This document shows, piece after piece, positions 56,604 to 64,000 of a stretch of DNA of 64,000 nt. A program made the translations under genes and the position numbers. The stretch is from an uncultured Methanosarcinales archaeon (GTDB lineage Archaea > Nanobdellota > Nanobdellia > Woesearchaeales > CAIVOO01). Under the pieces are notes generated by a model. The model was not told the DNA's origin. It worked only from the letters and a program-made list of their open reading frames with translations, and searched no databases. The stretch is taken from the NCBI GenBank assembly GCA_964485195.1, contig CAZAIK010000001.1:124001-188000 (forward strand), written 5' to 3'. Positions within the stretch are counted from its first letter, which is position 1. Each line of letters starts with the position of its first letter.

Positions 56604-59600
56604 TTTTCTTCTTTTTCTTTTTTTGAAGTTTTTCTATTTCCTCCTCCTTTTTTCCCCTGCCCACTCTTTCCAGCTTCTCAAACTCGGTTTCTCCCTTGAG
56701 CTTGCCCAGTTTTTCAAAGTAATCCTCTGCCTCCTTTTTCACTTTTCCCAGCTTTTCAAAAACACCCTTCTTTTCCGGGGCTTTCTTGGCAGGCCTTTTC
56801 AGGGGGAGTTTCTTGGCAGGCTTTGCAGCCTTTTTAACAGGAGGCTTCTTCGGCGGTTCGAGCTTCTCAGGCTTTTTCTCCGTCCCTTTCTTTGGCGCGC
56901 CGAATGCCTCGAACAGGCTTTTCCTTTTCTTTTCCTTCTCTTCCCTCTCCCTTCTCAGCTGTTCCTGAACAGTCATCCTTTTTATCTTTTCCTCGGGCGT
57001 TAGCTCTTTTTTCTCTGGCTTTGCTGTGGGCCTGGCTGGGGGGCCAGCAGGTCCTGGTGCAGGTGCTGAGGGTTTTGTCGGCTGATGTTTTTTGTAGAAC
57101 AGGTAGCCAGACCCCCCAAGAATGCCCAAAGCGCCCAAGATAAGGAATACTACTTTCAGTATGCCAAGCAGTCCCAGCCCTTCCTCTCTTACCGGTGCAG
57201 GCCCTGCCTCTCCCGGCTCCAAAGGTTCCTGCACGCACTTGCCCCCGAAGCAGCTGTTAGTTATGCAATCAGAATCCACTTCGCAAAACTTTCCTCTTGC
57301 ACACGCGTTGCACACAGGGCCTCCGCAGTCAACATCAGTCTCGTTTCCGTTTGTAATATTGTCATTGCAGGAAGGCAGCTGGCAGGTTTCTGTTGATGGC
57401 GCGCAAAATCCTGACTGGCAGTCTGAATTCCTTTCACAGCTCTGGTTTACAGAGCATTTCGGGCAGAGGAAACCCCCGCAGTCAACATCTGTTTCGTGCC
57501 CGTTTTTCATCTGGTCTGAGCAGGAGGCCTGCTGGCATATTCCTTCAAAACAGTAATTGGATGTGCAGTCAGAATCCACCTCGCAGTTTTCATTTATATC
57601 GCACCTCACGCAGGTAGTTTCACCACCGCAGTCAACATCTGTTTCCCCCCCGTCCTGTATGTTGTTGGAGCAGCTTATGCTGCTTTCAAATTTAATCCTT
57701 TCCGCTCCTGCCCTTACATTGCCTGCGACATCCTCAGCCCTGTAGCAGAAATACCCTTCCTGGGATACTGAAGCGGCAAATGCTTCTCTTTCTGAATCAT
57801 AGGCCAGGCTCTGATAGTTTCCTGTGCAGTTGGCATCGTCAGAAAGCTGGTATTCATATGTTAAGTTATTGCAGCTGGTTTCTGCGTCAATGCATACAAG
57901 TGTAACTATAACTCTTGTGGCTGTTGTGTTCTGCCTCAAAAAAACTGAAGGGGGTGTTTTGTCACAGAGCACTCCGGTCTCATCGTAAACTATGTCATTG
58001 CCCCTTCCTTCTGTGCTTGAAAGCCCTGCATTGTTGACAGCGACTGCGGTGAAATAGTATTTGGTGTGGTTTGAGAGGTTCAGGTTTTCTTCAGTGGCTG
58101 AAGAGGATGACGTGAACTTGTTGGTGACATTAACCCCCTCGCCAATGATGCTGTAGTTATAACCCCTGATGCCTGACTGGTTGTCAACTGCGCTGAAATC
58201 CGCGGACATCTTTTTGCTGCAGGTTGCGTTGGGAGAGATTATTGAGGGTGATGAAGGAGGTGATTTGTCGATAGTAACTGAAAATTCTCTTGTGGCTGAT
58301 GTGGCAGCCCTCCCTACGCAGCTGACTTCAAGGGTGTATGTGCCTTCAGGATATTCTCCAGGGATGCTTCCTGTATGTGCTGTCTGCTCCTCATCTGACT
58401 CCAGGTTGCCCGAAGTCTCGTTAAAGACATAAGAGCAGTCAGCCAGCCTGTTAGTTGTTATATTAATAAATAGTGTGCTGTTCTGGGTGAAGCTCGGGGG
58501 GCTTATCTTGTTTATTTGCAAAGGACGTAAAAGGTTCACTGAAATGGTTACCTCCCTCGTGTCTGAAACCCTTTTAGGCCCGTAGTCATTTACATCAAAG
58601 GTCGCCCTGTTGATGCAGGCCACGTTAAAGACAAACTTGTATATTCTTGAAACATCTGTGACGTTATCTGTCAAATCTATTGTCGTGGAAGGGTTCTTCA
58701 CGTATTTGCTTTCATTTGATTCATCCCCAAAGCTTCCGAAATAATTGGGCATTTGAGAGAAATCATCCTGTATTGGAGTGTAAATTTCCGTGTTGTCCTC
58801 TGTTCGGGAGAAGTTAAAGTCGCTGTAGCGGCAAACCGCCTTGTCATCAGACGTCAGTCTTAATGTTGACCTTATTTTTCCCTCTACCCTGTCAGTCACC
58901 ACTTCAGGGTCTGCTTCCAGGGAAAGTATCTTGGGAGGGGTGGTGTCGTAAGAGATCTTCAGTGTTTTTGGGTTAATCCTTCCCCGAGGAACATCTATGC
59001 AGAAAATGTATATGGGCTTTTCCTTTCCGTCCAGAAGGCCAAAGCCGGTATTTGCAGAGGCGTTATTGAAATTAGCTATGGTATGGACAGTGGAGGTAAT
59101 GTCAGGAAAGCTGAATGTTGCATCCTCATAATGTGCTGGGTAAGAATCGTACTTGCACCCGTAGGAAGTTTCCTCAGTTTCAATGGAAAAGTCAAAAACA
59201 GGAGTGGGAGAGACTGACAGTGGAGGGTTGTTGAACCTTATGTCCATGTACGGAACATCCACTGTTATGGTCTGGGTGGTGTTTATGGTGTTGCCCACTA
59301 TGTCAGAGGCAAATACATAAAGAGTGTAGTTGCCGTTGCCCAGGGGCACTGTGGTGTTAAGTTCAAACTCATCACTTACCCCGCCTTCAGGAACATTGAT
59401 GAATTCCAAGGGATAATTCCGGCCTGTTTCGTCAGTGAGATTTACCTTAATGTCGCTCACATTCACCAGGGTAACAGCATTCATTGAAGTCTTGGAAAAC
59501 TTTATGGTTATCTTTGGAAAAACAGAGGTTTTTTCCACAAGCGCGTGGGAAATGTAGATTGAGCTAATTAAAACAGCCAGTATTATTATAGACAATGAAA

Positions 59601-59613
59601 TTATTTTTTTCAT
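56593..59613 (-). CDS. Large surface protein: Ig-like repeats, three ETDVDCGG Cys-rich repeats, TM, Pro/Lys-rich cytoplasmic tail
   Basis: Signal peptide; DxxGN and DTTPP Ig motifs; TM ending YLFYKK. Confidence 0.85.
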   Translation of the reverse strand: MKKIISLSIIILAVLISSIYISHALVEKTSVFPKITIKFSKTSMNAVTLVNVSDIKVNLTDETGRNYPLEFINVPEGGVSDEFELNTTVPLGNGNYTLYVFASDIVGNTINTTQTITVDVPYMDIRFNNPPLSVSPTPVFDFSIETEETSYGCKYDSYPAHYEDATFSFPDITSTVHTIANFNNASANTGFGLLDGKEKPIYIFCIDVPRGRINPKTLKISYDTTPPKILSLEADPEVVTDRVEGKIRSTLRLTSDDKAVCRYSDFNFSRTEDNTEIYTPIQDDFSQMPNYFGSFGDESNESKYVKNPSTTIDLTDNVTDVSRIYKFVFNVACINRATFDVNDYGPKRVSDTREVTISVNLLRPLQINKISPPSFTQNSTLFINITTNRLADCSYVFNETSGNLESDEEQTAHTGSIPGEYPEGTYTLEVSCVGRAATSATREFSVTIDKSPPSSPSIISPNATCSKKMSADFSAVDNQSGIRGYNYSIIGEGVNVTNKFTSSSSATEENLNLSNHTKYYFTAVAVNNAGLSSTEGRGNDIVYDETGVLCDKTPPSVFLRQNTTATRVIVTLVCIDAETSCNNLTYEYQLSDDANCTGNYQSLAYDSEREAFAASVSQEGYFCYRAEDVAGNVRAGAERIKFESSISCSNNIQDGGETDVDCGGETTCVRCDINENCEVDSDCTSNYCFEGICQQASCSDQMKNGHETDVDCGGFLCPKCSVNQSCERNSDCQSGFCAPSTETCQLPSCNDNITNGNETDVDCGGPVCNACARGKFCEVDSDCITNSCFGGKCVQEPLEPGEAGPAPVREEGLGLLGILKVVFLILGALGILGGSGYLFYKKHQPTKPSAPAPGPAGPPARPTAKPEKKELTPEEKIKRMTVQEQLRREREEKEKKRKSLFEAFGAPKKGTEKKPEKLEPPKKPPVKKAAKPAKKLPLKRPAKKAPEKKGVFEKLGKVKKEAEDYFEKLGKLKGETEFEKLERVGRGKKEEEIEKLQKKKKKKNEK
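57240..57675 (-). repeat. Three tandem Cys-rich ETDVDCGG coding repeats (about 50 aa each)
   Basis: CCGCAGTCAACATC recurs near 57325, 57476 and 57627. Confidence 0.85.
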
Positions 59614-59628
59614 GCTTCATCTCATTCC

Positions 59629-62600
59629 TTATCCTGCACCGCTTATGCACTTCTCATAATCCGAAGGTGAGCCTTTGAAAACATCGCACAAGTCCGTGGC
59701 TCCTGATGCAGCCACGAAATCCATTATGCATTTTTTCTTGAAGCCAGGCACATACGCATCGTCACAGAGCTCTGCCAGCCTAACATCTTTTGTAATGCCT
59801 CCTGCAGCTGCCAATAGAGAAACATAGCATTCATAATCTATAAGTTGTGTGTCTTCTTCTGTGCACATACTTGAAATGTGGGAGTTGTAGCAATCCAAAA
59901 ATGTCTGTTGATCTGCCGCGCAGATGTCCACCACTTCCTCAATGGTTTGCGGGGGATCAGGACCCTCTCTTATTATCTCGCTGCACTCGGTGGGGGAGAT
60001 GCAGATAACTATTGAAGGCTTTTCTATATCTGAATATATGAGTTTTGATGTTTCCCCTGTGTTGCCTGCCCTGTCCCTTGCAATTATCTTTATCTTGTTT
60101 GTTATTACCTCGCCTTCCCTCCCCACGACTGTGGTGTTAATAGCGGGCATTACAAAGGCGCCTGTCTCATTGTTGATGCAGGCCACTTCCAAAGAGGACT
60201 TGCACGGGAACACCCTTCCTATCAGTTCCCTGCTGGCGTCTCCTGTGACCCTGTAAAATGATAACTCTGCAACATCTGTAGGCACTATTCCGGAGATGTT
60301 CACTATGTCTTTCTGGACAATGTAAATTAAAGACTCATTTCCGCTAACAGAGGGCAAGGAGTACCTATAAATAGGCCTTGCGTTTATTTCTATATTTACG
60401 GGGTTGAGGGCTGGCGCTGTCTCGTCAATTGTTATCCTGGCTGTCTGGCTGTCATCGTAATTCATCCCGTAATCTGACAGGTTCAGCCTTATTGCGTATG
60501 ATTGCCCGTCTTCAAGGTCCATTCCATCCAGAAAGGCTTTCTGCATGTTGCGGGGAGGGACTCTTCCCCTGATGTCCTGCTGGGTTATTTTCAGTGTTTC
60601 ACCCTCAAGGTTGAATGTCTGTCCGTCCTGGTCTGTTATGCTGATGTCTGCAATCACGTTGTGCTTTTCGTTCAGCACCATAGCTGAAAAGTTAATGCCT
60701 GCGTCGCGCCTCATATACTCATTTGCTATGGTGAAGTTCTGCACTATGGGGGCTTCTGTGTCCCGCACGAAGTAGAATATGTCAGGAGAGCCCTTTGAGA
60801 CAAATGTTTCGTCTGCAAAGACTTTAATGGGCATTATTTTGAGGTGATAGTCGCCGTCCTCAAATGATGGAATCTGCATGGTGCACCTGAAATTGTCAAA
60901 GCTTCCCGTCCTGGCGCACTCAACAGTCCCGTTTCCCACAGGAACGTCCAGCTCTGCCCTGCCTATCTCCACTATGGAAGTGGTGAATTCTTCTTCCTCC
61001 ACATAGCTTGCCCCCACTATGGGTATTCCGTTGACGAAATGATACTTGGTGTCGTTGGCTATGAAAACATCGTTCAGTATGGTGAAAGTAGGAATCCTCG
61101 GAAGCTTTGAGTCAACTGTCAAGTTCCAAGCGTGATTGACAAAGTTGTTTGCCTTGTCGCCCGCCTTCATCTTTATCAGGTAATTGCCGTCCTGGTCTGC
61201 CTCAAAATTGTAGGAGATGCTATAAGAAGCTGTAACTCCTGCATTTTCATCAAATTCAAAGGATTTTGTGGTTATGTTTATCTTGTCATTTTTTACGCGC
61301 GCCCCGTTGATGGTGAGGTTTATGTTGTCCTTTCTCAGGCCAGAGCCCTTTTCCAGCACAGTCATTGTTATCCTGTCTATCTTCTTCAGCCTGCCCTGAC
61401 TGACTTCAGGCTCTAATCCTGTGATGTTAGGAGGGACTGCGTCCACAATTACGTCCAGCTTGTTGGTGGGAACTCCCAGGTTGCCTAGTTCATCATACTG
61501 TATTAGCTGGGCTGTGTGCATTTCATACCTTGCGTTTGGGTTTATGGGTATGGACATGTTAAACCTGTCCGGCTTGATGTGCATATTGCTGAATATCATT
61601 TGCTCTCCCTGCCCCACCTCTTCTTCAAGCGGTATGTCAAGGGTTATTACTGTTCCCTGGCCTTCCACAAACTGCACATCATTTACATTGTATGCCTCCT
61701 TGTAATGGCCGTATTCCTTCCTGTGATGGCCTCCGAATCTGACATAAGTTTCTCCGAGCGTGTTGATCCTTGTAACCTCATCTCCTGGTATTAATACCTG
61801 GCTTTCCCCTTTCCTTGCCCTGGCTCCTGCTTCCAGGTTGGTTATTTCTGCGTATTGCTCTAGCGAAAGCTGCTGGTATTCAGCTACAAGAGAATCATCT
61901 GCAAACAGTTGCAGCTTAACCCCTGGTTCAGATGTGTGGCCTGTGAGGTAAGCCCTGCCTTCCCTTGCGCCCACATAATACCTGTCCTCTTTCTCGTCGT
62001 AATGAAGGGGATATCCTAAAATGTCGTAGTTTTCCCCTAAACTGTTCTGCTCGTTGGTGATGGGCGGGTCAAATGCTGGGGGCTTCAAAGGACCTACCTG
62101 GTCTATTATCACAAACACGTTGTCTTCTCCCATATTGCCTGCTGCGTCTCTTGCCCTCACAGACAATAATCCTTGATTGTTAAGAAAGAGCAGTGCTGAA
62201 ACATTAACGTCGGCCCTGAAGCTTCCGTCACTCTGTATTTGCGTCTTTTGCGCCTGCTCCACCCCATTGATTGCGAAAGACACCTCTCCGCTAAGTGCTG
62301 AGGTTGAGGAATTGTCAATTATTACCAAGTTGGAGAAGGAATCATTTCTGGTTAAGTTCATATACCCCTCCTGTGCAATTCTTTCAAAAGTGCCGTAGGT
62401 TAATCCGTTTATTATAATCTCTGCACTTGCTCCCTGCGCATTGATGGTCACATTTACAGGGGGCCCTGCAGTGAAGGATTCTGTGCCCAAGACCTGTCCT
62501 GCCTGACCATACCTTATCAGGTCATCATCAAAGTCAATCTGCACAAAGTCGTAGAAGTTTTCAGAGCTGTAGTCAAAGATTATTTCTGCAAAGTCCTGAG

Positions 62601-64000
62601 CATTCACCTCTGCATCAAGCAGGAAGTCCCTGAAATAAACAGGGAGGAATCCTCCGCGGTCAGCCCAGTAAGCAGGGTTCTGCACAATACCTTCAACTGA
62701 GATTGTTTCGCCGGGAACTCTGCAAGCTGGCACCCCTCCTGGATTTGTGCACTTGCCTGACAAGCCCGTGATGGTAATTCTTGGGGAGGACACATCCACC
62801 TTTATCTGCTCGCATTCTGTATCTCCTGCATTACCTCCCCTGTCCATTCCGTTAAAGCACAATGTTTGCGTCTGGTTAATGGAAAGCTGGACCTCTGTTC
62901 CATTAACCTCTCCCTCCGAGGATTCTGCAATGACGGGCTGGGGAGTGCATTGTGACTGCAATGCCGTGCAGTAATTTAACACTTCACAGCCGAACTCGCC
63001 TATTGGATAATTAGGCACTGGGTCTATGGCGGGCGTGGGAGGGTCAACGCACTTCAGCAGTATGCTGGCCTGGTTTTTCCACCTGGAAAGGTTATACTCC
63101 TTCTCTACAATTCTTTCCCCTGCCTCAAATATCTTTATTTCAGGCGCAAGATTGTCAACAGTGAACCTTATCCCTGCAACCTCGCTGCTTGTGAGATTCC
63201 CTGTCTCCACAAGCCTGCACCTCACAAGATACATCTTTGCAATCGCGTCTTCCACTATTGAAACTGGCGAGGAGTGGAGTTTGCCGTTGGTCTGCTCAAA
63301 GGTAACCATTTCGTCAAAGCTTATGCCCTGCAGTGTGGTGAATGCAAACTTGCCGTTTGCGTCCAGAGGCACGTCCATATATCTGCAGGCGGCGTCTGCC
63401 CTTGTCCTTATTGAAATTTCAGAAACATCCTCTTTCTTGACAGTGGTGTTTGGCTGACCGTCATAAATCATGTCCTCTGTGTCCACCACTATCAGCTGTT
63501 CCTCTGAAATTTTGTTTCCAACCCAGTCTGTGCAGTTGTACTGGTATGTGTAAACTCCTGAAAGCACGTCAAAGGAGTCTGAGAATGATTTCCCTATCCT
63601 TCCCTGGACTCCTGCCTCTCCTGCGACAATGCTTCCTGAATCATCATAAATGTTCGCAGTGCAGTTCAGGTATTCTGTTGAGTTTATTGTTGTTCTTAGC
63701 AAGGCATTGGCCTTTTCATAATAGTAGGAGAATGTTACAGGAGGGGGTACAAAGTCTATGTATATGTTGAATGATTTCACGACTTCAAGGTTGTCTGCAT
63801 CATCCCTTGAATAGAAGAACACTGTATAGTTCTTATCACTGGCAGGCAAGCCTGCCCAGGAGATAAACCCGTTTTGGGCGGACAGGTTGGGCCTTGTATA
63901 TGCCATAGGACGGCCTTCAATCACCTCTGCTATCTGGAAGAAGGTTTCTGCATTGGGACTTATGAAGCTCCTGTCCTGGTCATCCCATACTGTGACAGGA
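59629..64000 (-). CDS. Giant Ig-like repeat surface protein (5' end outside window)
   Basis: Repeated DxAGN and DxxxP motifs, Cys-rich C-terminus; frame open to the window edge. Confidence 0.82.
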   Translation of the reverse strand, partial: PVTVWDDQDRSFISPNAETFFQIAEVIEGRPMAYTRPNLSAQNGFISWAGLPASDKNYTVFFYSRDDADNLEVVKSFNIYIDFVPPPVTFSYYYEKANALLRTTINSTEYLNCTANIYDDSGSIVAGEAGVQGRIGKSFSDSFDVLSGVYTYQYNCTDWVGNKISEEQLIVVDTEDMIYDGQPNTTVKKEDVSEISIRTRADAACRYMDVPLDANGKFAFTTLQGISFDEMVTFEQTNGKLHSSPVSIVEDAIAKMYLVRCRLVETGNLTSSEVAGIRFTVDNLAPEIKIFEAGERIVEKEYNLSRWKNQASILLKCVDPPTPAIDPVPNYPIGEFGCEVLNYCTALQSQCTPQPVIAESSEGEVNGTEVQLSINQTQTLCFNGMDRGGNAGDTECEQIKVDVSSPRITITGLSGKCTNPGGVPACRVPGETISVEGIVQNPAYWADRGGFLPVYFRDFLLDAEVNAQDFAEIIFDYSSENFYDFVQIDFDDDLIRYGQAGQVLGTESFTAGPPVNVTINAQGASAEIIINGLTYGTFERIAQEGYMNLTRNDSFSNLVIIDNSSTSALSGEVSFAINGVEQAQKTQIQSDGSFRADVNVSALLFLNNQGLLSVRARDAAGNMGEDNVFVIIDQVGPLKPPAFDPPITNEQNSLGENYDILGYPLHYDEKEDRYYVGAREGRAYLTGHTSEPGVKLQLFADDSLVAEYQQLSLEQYAEITNLEAGARARKGESQVLIPGDEVTRINTLGETYVRFGGHHRKEYGHYKEAYNVNDVQFVEGQGTVITLDIPLEEEVGQGEQMIFSNMHIKPDRFNMSIPINPNARYEMHTAQLIQYDELGNLGVPTNKLDVIVDAVPPNITGLEPEVSQGRLKKIDRITMTVLEKGSGLRKDNINLTINGARVKNDKINITTKSFEFDENAGVTASYSISYNFEADQDGNYLIKMKAGDKANNFVNHAWNLTVDSKLPRIPTFTILNDVFIANDTKYHFVNGIPIVGASYVEEEEFTTSIVEIGRAELDVPVGNGTVECARTGSFDNFRCTMQIPSFEDGDYHLKIMPIKVFADETFVSKGSPDIFYFVRDTEAPIVQNFTIANEYMRRDAGINFSAMVLNEKHNVIADISITDQDGQTFNLEGETLKITQQDIRGRVPPRNMQKAFLDGMDLEDGQSYAIRLNLSDYGMNYDDSQTARITIDETAPALNPVNIEINARPIYRYSLPSVSGNESLIYIVQKDIVNISGIVPTDVAELSFYRVTGDASRELIGRVFPCKSSLEVACINNETGAFVMPAINTTVVGREGEVITNKIKIIARDRAGNTGETSKLIYSDIEKPSIVICISPTECSEIIREGPDPPQTIEEVVDICAADQQTFLDCYNSHISSMCTEEDTQLIDYECYVSLLAAAGGITKDVRLAELCDDAYVPGFKKKCIMDFVAASGATDLCDVFKGSPSDYEKCISGAG

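Noticed and set aside
1..64000. CRISPR array, rRNA, integrase or transposase
   Set aside because: No regularly spaced repeats, rRNA-like tracts or recombinase motifs seen

Overview
Chromosomal segment of an archaeon, most likely DPANN/Woesearchaeota-type (inferred from Topo VI A/B, RadA/RadB, aMBF1, RPA, TATA boxes, GGTGA ribosome-binding sites, intron-containing tRNAs and arrays of class III signal peptide genes). The left 40 kb carries: iscS and an intein-containing iscU, tldD/tldE, rpiB-cupin-rpe, a CopA-centred copper island, radA with a structured leader, a convergent PemK/AbrB pair, rps2, radB, a membrane glycosyltransferase operon, two tRNAs (Cys, Arg) with two introns each, bacterial-type dapL-lysA, top6AB and RPA. 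The right 24 kb (40122 to the window end, minus strand) is the most notable part. It holds about 18 type IV pilin-like genes, five of them small with a beta-defensin-like Cys pattern, and two large Ig-like surface proteins. The cluster ends in peptidoglycan-directed folds: a pilin-anchored lytic transglycosylase, an eroded Amidase_3-like domain, and a 1737-aa mosaic of metallophosphoesterase, GH3 NagZ-like, eroded M15-like and phosphodiester glycosidase domains. My hypothesis is a pilus-displayed apparatus for binding and digesting bacterial cell walls. All family calls are by motif recognition only; no searches were run.
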